Below, in pieces: positions 27,674 through 38,360 of a DNA stretch of 58,844 nt (its first letter is position 1; each line of letters starts with the position of its first letter). The stretch lies in IMG/VR virus record IMGVR_UViG_3300031463_000546, positions 1 through 58,844 of that record. One strand, 5' to 3'. The translations under genes were made by a program, and so were the position numbers. Source of the DNA: a virus. Lineage: Duplodnaviria; Caudoviricetes. The notes beneath the pieces were generated by a model that was given only the letters and a program-made list of their open reading frames with translations, did no database searches and was not told where the DNA came from.

Positions 27674-29224
27674 ATGTCGGATGATCTTCGCAAAGCCGCG
27701 GTGCAGATGCCCGAAGCGGATCGGCGGTTACTGGAAACGGTATTCGCCGATACCGTCGTCTGGGGGGAGACGGTGCTGCTCAATCGCGACGGATCACCCC
27801 GGCGCTATTGGGAACACCAGGTGAACGATCTGCGCTGCACCGCCCGCAACATCATCCATCTCGATGGCCGGGACGTGGGGAAGACCATTGTACTCTCCAC
27901 CGATGCGCTCTACTTCGCCACCACGACCGCAGGCGTGTCCGGGCTGATCGCCGCTCCCCATCAGGGACAGCTCGATACCATCATCGAGGAGATCGAGTAC
28001 CAGCTCGATGCCAGCCCGCTGCTGCGCTCGCATCTGGCCGTCAACGCCTTCGGCAAGCCGAAGATTCAGCGCAAGCCGTATTTCCGCGTGGAGTTCAAAA
28101 ACAACTCGGTGTTGTATTTTCGCCCGGCGGGCAATTATGGGGAAGCGTTCCGTTCGCTGCACGTCGAGCGCGTCTGGGTCGATGAAGGAGCCTGGCTCAC
28201 CGAATCGGCGTGGAAGGCGCTCCGGCAATGCTTGAAGGCCGGGGGACGCATGCGGATTTACTCGACCCCGAACGGCATCCGCACCAGCACCTATTACCGG
28301 CTGACCTTCTCGGATCAATTTACGCAGTTCCGCTGGCCCTCCTGGCTCAATCCCAATTGGACGACGGAGCGCGAACAGGAGCTGGTCGAGTTCTATGGTG
28401 GGCGCGATACTGCCGGCTGGCAGCACGAGGTCGCCGGCGAACACGGCAAACCCAGCTATGGCGCCTTCAATCAGGAACAGTTCGATGCCGCTTGCCAGGA
28501 GATTATCGAGTATCGCACCGTGCGCATCACCGGTGACGATCTGTCCGGCTGCCAGGACAATGAGCAGCTTTTCGATTTGCTGGAAGCGATGCTGGACCTG
28601 GTGCCGCAAGCCGGCGTGTTCTGGATCGGCGCCGACCTGGGGTATACCAACGACCCCACGGAGATCGTCGTGTTCCAGGATGCCTCCGGGGAGAAGCCGG
28701 TGGCCAGCCTGGTGCTCCGTATCCACTGTGAACACGTGGCTTATCCCATATTGTCTATGTTGGTCTCGCTCCTGGAGCGCTACTTCACGCCGGCGGGCAT
28801 CGGCATCGACAACGGCGGGAACGGCGGCGCGGTGGTGCAGGAACTGTTGACGCTGGACGCCTATCGTACGCTGAATCTCAGCGGTCGCCTGCGTGGGGTC
28901 GATTTCGGCGGGGTGACCACACTGCCCACCCCGGATGGGGGTGAAGTGCGCAAACGCACCAAGGAACTGATGACCTCCATCATCAACGGCATGCTCCAGC
29001 GCCGGGAGATTCGTTTCCCGCATGGCGATCTGGAACTGCAGGATCAATTCACCACCCATACCTATTCGATGACCAACAACGCGGTGGTCTACTCGAAAGG
29101 CAACGATCACATCATCGACGCGGTGCGCTGCGCCGTGCTGGTGCGGGAACTGGGACGACTCAACCTTGGCGAGACGCAGTCGGTCTGCGTCAGCCCATTG
29201 CTCACGGCTCCGATTTTCTATTGA
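27674..29224 (+). CDS. Terminase large subunit
   Basis: GRDVGKT Walker A, VWVDEG Walker B, YSTPNG, nuclease GADLG...DH..DA. Confidence 0.92.
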   Translation: MSDDLRKAAVQMPEADRRLLETVFADTVVWGETVLLNRDGSPRRYWEHQVNDLRCTARNIIHLDGRDVGKTIVLSTDALYFATTTAGVSGLIAAPHQGQLDTIIEEIEYQLDASPLLRSHLAVNAFGKPKIQRKPYFRVEFKNNSVLYFRPAGNYGEAFRSLHVERVWVDEGAWLTESAWKALRQCLKAGGRMRIYSTPNGIRTSTYYRLTFSDQFTQFRWPSWLNPNWTTEREQELVEFYGGRDTAGWQHEVAGEHGKPSYGAFNQEQFDAACQEIIEYRTVRITGDDLSGCQDNEQLFDLLEAMLDLVPQAGVFWIGADLGYTNDPTEIVVFQDASGEKPVASLVLRIHCEHVAYPILSMLVSLLERYFTPAGIGIDNGGNGGAVVQELLTLDAYRTLNLSGRLRGVDFGGVTTLPTPDGGEVRKRTKELMTSIINGMLQRREIRFPHGDLELQDQFTTHTYSMTNNAVVYSKGNDHIIDAVRCAVLVRELGRLNLGETQSVCVSPLLTAPIFY

Positions 29225-29235
29225 CAAGGACACTC

Positions 29236-30708
29236 ATGGCCAAATCACGATACCGCACATCGCAGCAGACGACCGGCGCAGTGGCGCAGCCGTTGCCCCA
29301 CGCGAGCGCCGCCACCATCGACGGCTCAGCGTTCATCAGTGTCACGCCCACCGATCCGATCCCGGTCACCTGGGAAGAGCGCGCACGACGAGCGTGGACC
29401 TACTATATCGAGGAGCCACTGGTGAAGAACTGCGTCAACTCCTGGCGCTCCTTTGCCGTGGGCGACGAGATCAAGCTGGCCAGCGATGATGAGGTAGTGA
29501 AGGAGGCGGTGAACGAATTGCACGACCGGCTGGCGCTCTCCACCTTCGTCAAGGATATGATCCTGCAATTGCTGGTGAAAGGCGACGCGGTCGGCTTCAA
29601 ACGTTACCGCCAGGATGGGCGCGATGTCGAGGGGATCACCTGCGTCAATCCCACCTCGGTGAAAGTGAAGTATGCGCAAGGCACGCTGATGGAGATGCAA
29701 CAGTACCCGGAGGACGCGCCTGCCGCCGGCGACGGCCTGTCGCTGCCCGTCGAACAGGTGATCCATCTGCGCTGGGATGCGCCGCCGTTCTCTCCGCGAG
29801 GCAATAGCCTGGTGCTGCCCGCCTTCCAGTCCATCGAACTGCTGCGCGATTACCGCAAGGCCGAGCAGGCCATCGCCAAACGCTGGGCCACGCCATTCCG
29901 CCTCATCAAGGTCGGCGGGGCCTACAACCAGCGCGTGATTACCCCTGACCAGAAGATGCTTCAGGACATCCGCGACATGGTCAACAAGATGGACATGAAG
30001 TCGGGCCTGGTGGTGCCGTTCTACGTGGGGGTGGAGACGCATGGCGCCGAGGGAACCGTGCTCAATGTCGAGGAGAAGGTGAAGGAAGTCAAGGAGGACA
30101 TCATCGTCGCGCTGGGGTTGTCCCGCTCGCTGGTGACCGGCGATGGCCCGAATTATGCCACGGCGTCCGTCTCCATGCAGAAGATGCTGGTGATGATTCG
30201 TGAGATCAAACAAATCGCCCGGCAGCTCCTCGACTGGGTGGTGGATGACTGGCTCGCGCTCAGCGGCCATGAGGATGCCACCGTCCAGTATCTCTTCAAC
30301 GATCTCGATCCGAACGACGCGGTCGATATCAAGAAGCTGTTGCTCGAACTCTACGACCGCAAGCTCATCTCCCGCGCCAGCCTGCAGGTGAAGATGGAAC
30401 TGGACCCGGATGTCGAGGCGGCCAACCGCGCGCAGGAGAAGCCGGGCATCGACGTGCTGGACGAGAAGCAGGCGAAGCCTATCGTCGATATGGTCACGCT
30501 CGGTGTGCTCGACGTGGATGAAGCGCGGAGTTTTCTGGGGCTGGGGCCGAAGGCGACCACGCCGGAGACAGCCTCCGCGCGTGCTGTTGCCGATGACGTC
30601 ATCTGTGACGAGTGCCGGCATTTCGAGGACGCGGAAAATCGCTGCGCGGTGCAGCGGCAGGAGACCACCTTCGAGACGCGCGCCTGCCGGTTCTTCGACC
30701 GGAAGTAA
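29236..30708 (+). CDS. Portal protein
   Basis: Position after TerL, ~490 aa; VIHLR...PRG.S; NYATA; Cys-rich C-tail. Confidence 0.85.
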   Translation: MAKSRYRTSQQTTGAVAQPLPHASAATIDGSAFISVTPTDPIPVTWEERARRAWTYYIEEPLVKNCVNSWRSFAVGDEIKLASDDEVVKEAVNELHDRLALSTFVKDMILQLLVKGDAVGFKRYRQDGRDVEGITCVNPTSVKVKYAQGTLMEMQQYPEDAPAAGDGLSLPVEQVIHLRWDAPPFSPRGNSLVLPAFQSIELLRDYRKAEQAIAKRWATPFRLIKVGGAYNQRVITPDQKMLQDIRDMVNKMDMKSGLVVPFYVGVETHGAEGTVLNVEEKVKEVKEDIIVALGLSRSLVTGDGPNYATASVSMQKMLVMIREIKQIARQLLDWVVDDWLALSGHEDATVQYLFNDLDPNDAVDIKKLLLELYDRKLISRASLQVKMELDPDVEAANRAQEKPGIDVLDEKQAKPIVDMVTLGVLDVDEARSFLGLGPKATTPETASARAVADDVICDECRHFEDAENRCAVQRQETTFETRACRFFDRK

Positions 30709-30719
30709 GGGGCGAATCC

Positions 30720-33700
30720 ATGCCGGTCGAAACCACATCACAACACGACCTGATTCGCCAGGCCGTCGCGCAGAGCCTGCATGCGCGGAATCGCTATGTC
30801 GAACAGGTCGTGAACGATCTCACCGATGAGCTGGTTTCCGCACGCGAGCAGGTGGCCGCGGCGATCCTGCGCTACAAATCCCTCGGCTCTCTGCCGGACA
30901 ACAAGCTGGCAGGATTGAAGGGACTGGAACGGCTGGACACTGACATCAAAGGCATCATGACCCAGCTCAAGCGGTCACAGACCGTCCGTTGTCGCACGGA
31001 GGCGAAAGCCGCTTTCCGGCTCGGGGTGTACCACGGCATCGAGGAATTCGCCACCGCGCAACTACCGGTGTATCGTGACCTCACCGCTGATGGGCTGGAC
31101 AAGCTCACCACCAAAGCCTTCCAGATCGTCGATACCGATGCGCTGGACTTTCTGGCGAACTACACCACCACGCTGGTCGGTGACGTGAACCGGGAGACGA
31201 CCGATGGCATCATGCGGACCATCCGCGGCGCCATCGCCACCGGCAAAGGGGTGGATGACATCGTACGCGACCTCGGTGAGGTGGTGAAGGATCAGGAGTC
31301 CTTCCGCCATGCCGGGACAAAAGTGTTCAGCAAGGCGCAGTATCGCATGGAGGTGATTGCCCGCACCGAGGTGCTGCGCGCGCATAACCTGGGCAAACTC
31401 AAATTCCACCAGGCGGTCGGCATCCAGCAGTTGGAGTGGTTCACCATGGATGACGAGCGCATGTGCCCCATCTGCCGAGATCTGGACGGAAAGCCTTTTC
31501 CCATCGACGAATTCCCCGCGCAACCGGCGCATCCCCAATGCCGGTGCGGACATTATCCAGTCTGGCCGTTGGTGATCTGCGGACAAGGCGTGCTGGCAGC
31601 GAGTGCCGCTCCGAAGACCGGCGACGCCTGTATCCTGCCGCCGCAGAGTATCGAGGGGATGGCCGCGGCCCAGGCCGAGGAGCAGAAGACCCTCAAAGCG
31701 GCGTTCGAAGGTGGCGACCCCGCGAAGCTTGGTGCGCTCACCATGAAGCAGGTACAGACACTGGCCAAGCAGCAGGGAGTCGCCATCGCGCGCACCAAGG
31801 CAGATTTCCTCAAGCTGCTCGCGGATAAAGGGGTGGATGGCAGTGGGCTGTCGGGGAAGGCGCTGGAGGCGATGCTCAAGCAGTATGGCATCGGCGCGCT
31901 CCGCAGCAAGGATGAATTGGTCGCGCTGCTGGTGCAGAAACAAGCGGCGTTTATCCAGGCCCAACTCCAGGCGCAACTGTTGAAGGAGGCGGCGCAGTCG
32001 GCTACCGGGCTTGAGTCGATGACGGTGAAAGATCTGCAGGATCTGGCCGTAAAGAAGGGTCTCTCGCTGAACATGACCAAAGCCGACGTCATCGCCTTGC
32101 TCGATCAGTTGGAACCGGGCGTCGATCACAGTGGATTATCCGGGCAGGCACTAATCACTGCAAAGAAACAGTTCCATATCGGCCCACTCAAAAACAAGGC
32201 GCAGCTCATTAAGGCGCTTCAGCAGGTGGCCGGCAAGGAGATGGCACAGCAAGCTATACAGGATACCCAGCAGGCGGCAGTGACGGCAGCGACCAACGCG
32301 TTGAAAGAGGCTGCCGGAAAAGTCATACTCCCGGCGACTCCGAGCAATTTTGCACCGTTCCTTGAACAACTTGCTGCCGCTGAACAGGCGCTGGTCAACA
32401 GCCCCACCGTGCCGCAGGAGGTGATCCAGCAGATCGCCACCGAGCTCTCCGCGAAGAAGCTGGCGTTCCAGCAGCAGGTACTATCCCTTGGCGCTTCAGA
32501 CGTGAAAAAGATCGCGCAGGCGGCAAAAATTCCGAAATACCAGTGGGCGACCAAAGACGAACTCGTCACGCTGATGACCGAAACCTCGCCGGCGAAGCTC
32601 GATCCGGTGAAGCAATCCATCGCCGACAAATGGGCCAAGTGGAACACCCAGCAGCAGGCGCACAAGGTTGGGAAAGTCACCGCACAGGCGCAACTGGAAG
32701 CCCAGCAAGCCGCGGAAGCCGCCGCCGCCAAGGCGAAATCCCTCCTGCAGGACAAAGTCGATGCCGTGATGCATCCCGGCGCTGCCGGGGAATCGCTCGA
32801 TGCCTATGTCACGGCGATGCAGGAATTGAAATCAGCACTCGCGGCACAGGCCGGCATACTCTCGCCGGATGATCTGGCGCACTACTCCGGTGTCACGCAG
32901 GTGTTGCATGGCTGGGGCATCTCCCACTTACAGGAGATGAAAGTTGCCGATCTAAAGAAGCTGGCGCAGGCGAAGAAATTTCCGAATTGGGCCTTTGCCA
33001 ATAAGGACCAGCTTGTGACGCTGCTGTCGGCGTCGGATGAATCAGCCAAGCAGGATGTGTTGCAGGCGCTGGCCACCAAGGTTGCCGGGTATGGGAAAGC
33101 GACGCCTTCCCTGAAATCCGGTAAAGCGCTGGCGGCAGAGTTGGCCACACCCGATACGCCAACGATTCAAATTGGCACGTCCGCTTATGCTCAGGTGGAT
33201 GCGCAGTGGACGAATATCGCCGTCCATCCCGACCGCCATTTTACCTTCGCGCGTGACGCCAAAGATCTGGGTGGCGTTCATCCGAAGCAGATCTATCGTG
33301 ATCCGGATGGTCACGAATGGCTCTTTAAGCCCATTGAGAAGGCGTCGGATGGCTTCCTCGCTGATGCCGATGAGATGACATACCGTGTCTCTCGCCTGCT
33401 CGATCCCAACGCCATCGAGGTGCGCAAGGTGACGTTGAACGGGCAACGCGGCACCATCCAGCGCATGAAGTCAGGATTGCAGGCTCAGAAAAATTATGAC
33501 GGCATGGACCCGGCGTCGATCCCCCCGGAGGAACTGGCGCAACTGCTCCGGCACCATGTCGTGGACTGGTTGCTCTCCAATCATGATAGCCACAGCGCGA
33601 ATTTCCTGCGGCTCACCGATGGCTCGGTGGTGGCCATCGACCGCGCGCAGGCGTTCAAATACTTCGGACGGGATAAGCTGGACATCGGCTATAACCCGAA

Positions 33701-35804
33701 CAACCTGCCGGAGCATCCCACCACACTCTACAATGCCATCTTCGGGCAAGTGAAAAAGAAGAAGCTGATCGTCGATCCGATGCACACATTGGCGGCAATC
33801 GAACGCGTTGAAGCCATCGATGATGCCGAGTACCTGGCACTCTTACGGCCGTATGCCCAGGGACGACCGGAGGGGACCGAGGCGTTCCTGCAGGCGGCAT
33901 TGGAACGGAAGCATGCGCTCCGTGCCGACTTCGAAGGGTTCTATCAAGGCGTCCTGGGTGATAAAACCTTCAGCTTTGAGCAGTTGGTAAAGGCGCGGGC
34001 TAAGCAAACCACCACGGTACTCTCCAAAGAACTGGAAGACGCGGTGAGCACCATCGTGGAGAAAGAATCGTGGCAAGGGGTCGTGATTCCGTTCGACCGC
34101 GACATGGTGGAAGATGTGCAACTCCATCTGTTCACCGAGCGTGTGCCGGGGCGCCGTGGGAAGGTGGATCACCGCACCGTCTATCGGCTGAAGCTGCGTC
34201 CGGACAAACAGCAGCGTATGCTCGATGCCATCGAGATGGTTCAGAAAGGGGAGAGCGGTCTCCCGCGAGCTGGTGATCCCCTGATCGATGACGTGTATTA
34301 CACCCGCATCCTGAATGGCGTGCGCACGGTCAATGCCCATCTGGAACGCGGAGGGAAATTCAACACGTCAAAACTCGATCCGGCCCTTGCGTGTGAAGCG
34401 GAACTACGCACGCTGCTCAATGCTGACCGGATCGAAGTGCGGGACATGGCAGCGCATTACCTGAAGACCATCGATGAGTTGACCATCTTCGCGCGTGGCG
34501 GCGCCACCCCCTCGGGGCGCGTCTCGCAGTTCGAAATGTTCCGCGTGCTGCCCGGGCGCGTGAGTGTGCCAAAGATGACCGGGCCGACGTTCCGTGTAAC
34601 GGAAGGCATCGTGCAGTTCGACCAGCGAATGTGTGTCGAGGGGCATATCGAACTGAAAGCCACCGATAAACGTGTCGGACAACTGTTCAAAGGCAATCTG
34701 CCGAAAACCGGCAAGCAATACACGCTGGAGTATGACGACGGCACGAAGATTCGCGTGCGCCCCTTTGCTACTGACCATTACGACGAGCACTATATTCAGC
34801 CGGGGCAAAACTATTATGCCATCTCCGGCGATATCGAAATCATCGTGCCGGGGAAAGGCACGCCGGAACAGGTGGAGCAGACCTTTGAGAAGCTGCGTCA
34901 ACTCGGCCTGCCCGCGGAAGTGGCGCCCCCCGAATACCAGGAATACCTGTATCTGCACCAGGTGGCGGTCGCCAATAATTTGCATACTTCGGATGTCGGC
35001 TACCAGCAGATGATGCGCCAACTGGAGGCACGGAATGCGCCGATCAGTGAGCGGGTCGAGGAAATGGTGGCGTATTGGAACACACGCCTCAAGGTGAAGG
35101 ATGTGCGGAAGCTGGCCCGGTATAATCCTGCCGGCGAGTATCAGCTCGATACGAGCGAGCGGCGAAAGGGAAACATGGTCGGATATCGGCGCACCTTTCG
35201 TTTCGACCTCGATGTCGAGAAAGAGATGCGCGGGTATAACTTGATCCACCAGGTCGTCGGCGGTGCGGCGGATGAGTATGTGAAGATGGTCGACCTGGCG
35301 CTCTCGCATAACGGATCGCTGCTCTCCACCACGGAGAAGCTACGCATCGGAGTACCGCCGGGGGGCATGTCGCCGGAAGCGGATATGGGTTCCGGTGGGG
35401 CGAATTATGTCTTTACCCGCTGGCGACCCGATCCCCGCGGCGCCAAGTCGTTCCGCGAGATGGGCTTCTACTTGAGGCCCGGTGTGGTGCAGCGCACGGA
35501 CACCATCGTATATGCCACCGACCATTACGGACGGTGTTACGGGAAATTCGTCGAGACGCACCGGGAGACGTCGCCGGCGCGGTGGAAGCGCATTGCCGAG
35601 ACCAGCCGGAATAACGAAACGATCATCAAGCAGAACGTGACGCTGCTTGACAATCTCGACTGTATCGTGTTGGATTCAGCCAGCGCCAAGCAACAGATGA
35701 TCGCCATATTCCAGAAGCATGGCGTGACCGCGTTGCCGGACGGACGGAAGATCGAAGAGATCATTCACATCATCCCCGGCGCGAGGAGAGGATATACGGG
35801 ATGA
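30720..35804 (+). CDS. MuF minor head protein fused to HeH repeats, HipA/PI3-4K-like kinase and ART-like domain (polymorphic toxin-like)
   Basis: IARTE, D.R.CPIC..LDG, PAHPQCRC (MuF); six LxxMTVxxL..K.EL-type repeats; LGGVH..WLFKP..DWLLSNHDSH..N..IDRAQAF; LIH..LLS..GGANYVFTR. Confidence 0.88.
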   Translation: MPVETTSQHDLIRQAVAQSLHARNRYVEQVVNDLTDELVSAREQVAAAILRYKSLGSLPDNKLAGLKGLERLDTDIKGIMTQLKRSQTVRCRTEAKAAFRLGVYHGIEEFATAQLPVYRDLTADGLDKLTTKAFQIVDTDALDFLANYTTTLVGDVNRETTDGIMRTIRGAIATGKGVDDIVRDLGEVVKDQESFRHAGTKVFSKAQYRMEVIARTEVLRAHNLGKLKFHQAVGIQQLEWFTMDDERMCPICRDLDGKPFPIDEFPAQPAHPQCRCGHYPVWPLVICGQGVLAASAAPKTGDACILPPQSIEGMAAAQAEEQKTLKAAFEGGDPAKLGALTMKQVQTLAKQQGVAIARTKADFLKLLADKGVDGSGLSGKALEAMLKQYGIGALRSKDELVALLVQKQAAFIQAQLQAQLLKEAAQSATGLESMTVKDLQDLAVKKGLSLNMTKADVIALLDQLEPGVDHSGLSGQALITAKKQFHIGPLKNKAQLIKALQQVAGKEMAQQAIQDTQQAAVTAATNALKEAAGKVILPATPSNFAPFLEQLAAAEQALVNSPTVPQEVIQQIATELSAKKLAFQQQVLSLGASDVKKIAQAAKIPKYQWATKDELVTLMTETSPAKLDPVKQSIADKWAKWNTQQQAHKVGKVTAQAQLEAQQAAEAAAAKAKSLLQDKVDAVMHPGAAGESLDAYVTAMQELKSALAAQAGILSPDDLAHYSGVTQVLHGWGISHLQEMKVADLKKLAQAKKFPNWAFANKDQLVTLLSASDESAKQDVLQALATKVAGYGKATPSLKSGKALAAELATPDTPTIQIGTSAYAQVDAQWTNIAVHPDRHFTFARDAKDLGGVHPKQIYRDPDGHEWLFKPIEKASDGFLADADEMTYRVSRLLDPNAIEVRKVTLNGQRGTIQRMKSGLQAQKNYDGMDPASIPPEELAQLLRHHVVDWLLSNHDSHSANFLRLTDGSVVAIDRAQAFKYFGRDKLDIGYNPNNLPEHPTTLYNAIFGQVKKKKLIVDPMHTLAAIERVEAIDDAEYLALLRPYAQGRPEGTEAFLQAALERKHALRADFEGFYQGVLGDKTFSFEQLVKARAKQTTTVLSKELEDAVSTIVEKESWQGVVIPFDRDMVEDVQLHLFTERVPGRRGKVDHRTVYRLKLRPDKQQRMLDAIEMVQKGESGLPRAGDPLIDDVYYTRILNGVRTVNAHLERGGKFNTSKLDPALACEAELRTLLNADRIEVRDMAAHYLKTIDELTIFARGGATPSGRVSQFEMFRVLPGRVSVPKMTGPTFRVTEGIVQFDQRMCVEGHIELKATDKRVGQLFKGNLPKTGKQYTLEYDDGTKIRVRPFATDHYDEHYIQPGQNYYAISGDIEIIVPGKGTPEQVEQTFEKLRQLGLPAEVAPPEYQEYLYLHQVAVANNLHTSDVGYQQMMRQLEARNAPISERVEEMVAYWNTRLKVKDVRKLARYNPAGEYQLDTSERRKGNMVGYRRTFRFDLDVEKEMRGYNLIHQVVGGAADEYVKMVDLALSHNGSLLSTTEKLRIGVPPGGMSPEADMGSGGANYVFTRWRPDPRGAKSFREMGFYLRPGVVQRTDTIVYATDHYGRCYGKFVETHRETSPARWKRIAETSRNNETIIKQNVTLLDNLDCIVLDSASAKQQMIAIFQKHGVTALPDGRKIEEIIHIIPGARRGYTG

Positions 35805-36277
35805 AACCGATTGCGCCTACGGATACCGACAAGCCGATGGAAACGCTCATCGCGTGCATCGAGGAACTCAACGCCGGTGGCTCGGACGGTAAACTCGTCT
35901 GGTCGGATGGCTTTGCCATATCACTCGGCGTCATCGTGCGTGTTGAGATCAAAATGGTCGATGATCCACGCTACTTCTTCCTCGCCCATGCCGTCCTCGG
36001 TTTCGAAGAGGGTGGTGAGCACCATGGCGGCGTCCATGTGCATAAGATCGTCAACTGGTATGCCGATGATCCGCCACTCGAATTTGCGGTGATCGATACC
36101 GAGGGACGCACATTGGAGTTCTGGCTGATTGAACCGAGCTGCCAACCAGAAGAGGCTCAAGCATATGCGGCATGGCGTGAACAGATGGATCGCCAATCCG
36201 AGATGCGTGATGCCGCCTATACGCGAATGCGTGAAGCGTTGGAAAGTATGGCGCGTGAGTGGCCGGAGGATTACTAA
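35801..36277 (+). CDS. Acidic hypothetical protein, candidate immunity 1
   Basis: ATGA-coupled to MuF gene; small, acidic. Confidence 0.6.
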   Translation: MKPIAPTDTDKPMETLIACIEELNAGGSDGKLVWSDGFAISLGVIVRVEIKMVDDPRYFFLAHAVLGFEEGGEHHGGVHVHKIVNWYADDPPLEFAVIDTEGRTLEFWLIEPSCQPEEAQAYAAWREQMDRQSEMRDAAYTRMREALESMAREWPEDY

Positions 36278-36279
36278 GC

Positions 36280-36648
36280 ATGAAAGTGGAGTATTACATC
36301 GAGTATGCGCTCAAGCACGATTCGACTGATAGGTATTACTACAAGCCCATCGGCGTCTGGGCACATGGCCTGGGGGGAGGCTTGAACGTGTATGGCCTAT
36401 ATCTTCCCGAGGAAACCGAAGCCCAGGAACGTGCTGATTGGATCATCAACGATCTGGTCGAGCAGGAGGTGGTGACGCTCCCGGAGGATTGGCTTCGGCG
36501 AAAAGCCGCGAGCATTGGACTCTACCAGGGAGATGTTTCTCCGATCTACTTCACCGAGGGATTACACGCAGATGATGTGGCGGAACGCGTGCTGGCGTTG
36601 ATTATGGCTGGGGGGCCGATTGGCGATCCACCGTTGCCTTCCGCATAA
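36280..36648 (+). CDS. Acidic hypothetical protein, candidate immunity 2
   Basis: GGAGG RBS; directly follows previous gene. Confidence 0.6.
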   Translation: MKVEYYIEYALKHDSTDRYYYKPIGVWAHGLGGGLNVYGLYLPEETEAQERADWIINDLVEQEVVTLPEDWLRRKAASIGLYQGDVSPIYFTEGLHADDVAERVLALIMAGGPIGDPPLPSA

Positions 36649-36888
36649 TGCCATCGTCTGTTGGTATAACCGCGATAGAGGTAGCAACCTACTCAGTGAT
36701 ATCCCCGAGTCAATCGGCATAAATGACAATTTGTAGAGAGCTACCTCTTAGTCACTATACAGGATTTAGTACTGGCGATATAATTCCGATGTCTTTGGGC
36801 AGCAACGCCCTACGCAAAATTGAGGCACTCGGCTGGTCCAGACATCGGTAATAAGATATCGCACTACATGGTGAAGGAGGCAATTTTT

Positions 36889-37350
36889 ATGAGTAGGGTA
36901 ACCGCTCTGAAGTTCACAACGCGAGGCTTCAGCGTTGTCACGCTCGAGGGGACACGAACAACCCCCACTTGTGTTACTAATAAGGCGTTACTCTATCCTA
37001 CTAGCCATGATACATCGAGACTGATGGACTGGTGTGAAACCCAATTCAATCTGCTAATTGACCAGGAAATCCCTGACAGAGTCGCTTATAAGTTGGTAAC
37101 CTCCCTATCAGCACACGACCAAATATTCCACGTCTACTACGCACTAGGCGTGCTCCACCTTGTTTGTCATAAAAAAGAATTGGAGATCCAGCACGTTACT
37201 CCGTCTAGCTTATCTGCCAGATGTTTCGGCCTTCAACAAGGCACTGACATGGACAGCTATATTGCCTCGTTATTCACTGGTCGCCCGTCTCCTTGGAATA
37301 GTGAGATTCGGGAAACAGCTTTAATTGCCTTGTCGAGGTTAGGACGATGA
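36889..37350 (+). CDS. RuvC/RNase H-fold-like protein, acidic catalytic residues apparently lost
   Basis: LIDQEIPDRVAYK...ALGVLHL...IQHVTPSSL mirrors RuvC layout; AAGGAGG RBS; AT-richer. Confidence 0.55.
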   Translation: MSRVTALKFTTRGFSVVTLEGTRTTPTCVTNKALLYPTSHDTSRLMDWCETQFNLLIDQEIPDRVAYKLVTSLSAHDQIFHVYYALGVLHLVCHKKELEIQHVTPSSLSARCFGLQQGTDMDSYIASLFTGRPSPWNSEIRETALIALSRLGR

Positions 37351-38360
37351 CTTCAGGCTACACAGATATCGGAAAATACCAAAGAATTGAGAGACTAGGT
37401 GGTGGTTATTTCGGCGATGTTTATAGGGTATATGATCGCGCGTTAGATACCCAGAGAGCGCTTAAAGTAATCCCGGAAGATCCAAGCCATCCTCGGGATA
37501 TTGAATTATGGGAGGCACAGCTCCTAGAAGTATGCAAACACAAACACATCGTTGAAGTAAAGGAAGCAGATCTTGCAGACGTTGATGGAATTCCCAGCGT
37601 TATCATTGCATGCGAATTGATGCCAAGAGGATCTGTCGATGACCTGTTAGAGAATAACTTTATATCGGTATATTCGTCTGCTGATATTATTACTCAAGCA
37701 CTGTTCGGTTTAGCGCACTTACACGCAGCAGGAATCTTACACTGCGACTTAAAACCAGGGAATTTACTGATTGGCGATAGTGGAGTGATAAAATTATCTG
37801 ATTTCGGGTTGGCTGTTTCGTGTGGTGACACACCAGACCATTTTTACACTATGCATAAAGCTCCCGAATTAATTCTCGGTGAGGCTCCATCCGAACTGAC
37901 CGATGTTTATGCAGCCGGAGTCACCTTATTTCGCTTACTGAATGGTGTTTATGATATCGCAGCTATACTACCCACGAACTTTAATGAGGCAATTACTCGT
38001 GGCCGTTTCCCTGATAGGTCAGCTTACTTGCCACATATACCTGAAAGAGTAAAACGCATATGCAATCGAGCAATGCATATAGATAAGACAAAACGGTTTC
38101 AGAGTGCAGATGGGTTTCGCCAAGCACTCGAGGGACTCCCATGGAGTATTGACTGGCATAAGATCAGTGACACTGAATGGCATGGAATAAAATCCGACGT
38201 GCAATATACTATAGAGGTATTTGAAAAGCGTACTGGATGGTGCCTTGATTTCAAACGTAATAATAGACGAATTATTGATTATTGCGGATCAAGGTTACCG
38301 TCTGAGATGGACGCTGTTTCTGCTTTGTATGAGATGATACGCACTACAACATTGAGTTAG
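37347..38360 (+). CDS. Hanks-type Ser/Thr protein kinase
   Basis: LGGGYFGDVY, ALK, HCDLKPGN, DFG, APE, DVYAAG. Confidence 0.95.
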   Translation: MTSGYTDIGKYQRIERLGGGYFGDVYRVYDRALDTQRALKVIPEDPSHPRDIELWEAQLLEVCKHKHIVEVKEADLADVDGIPSVIIACELMPRGSVDDLLENNFISVYSSADIITQALFGLAHLHAAGILHCDLKPGNLLIGDSGVIKLSDFGLAVSCGDTPDHFYTMHKAPELILGEAPSELTDVYAAGVTLFRLLNGVYDIAAILPTNFNEAITRGRFPDRSAYLPHIPERVKRICNRAMHIDKTKRFQSADGFRQALEGLPWSIDWHKISDTEWHGIKSDVQYTIEVFEKRTGWCLDFKRNNRRIIDYCGSRLPSEMDAVSALYEMIRTTTLS

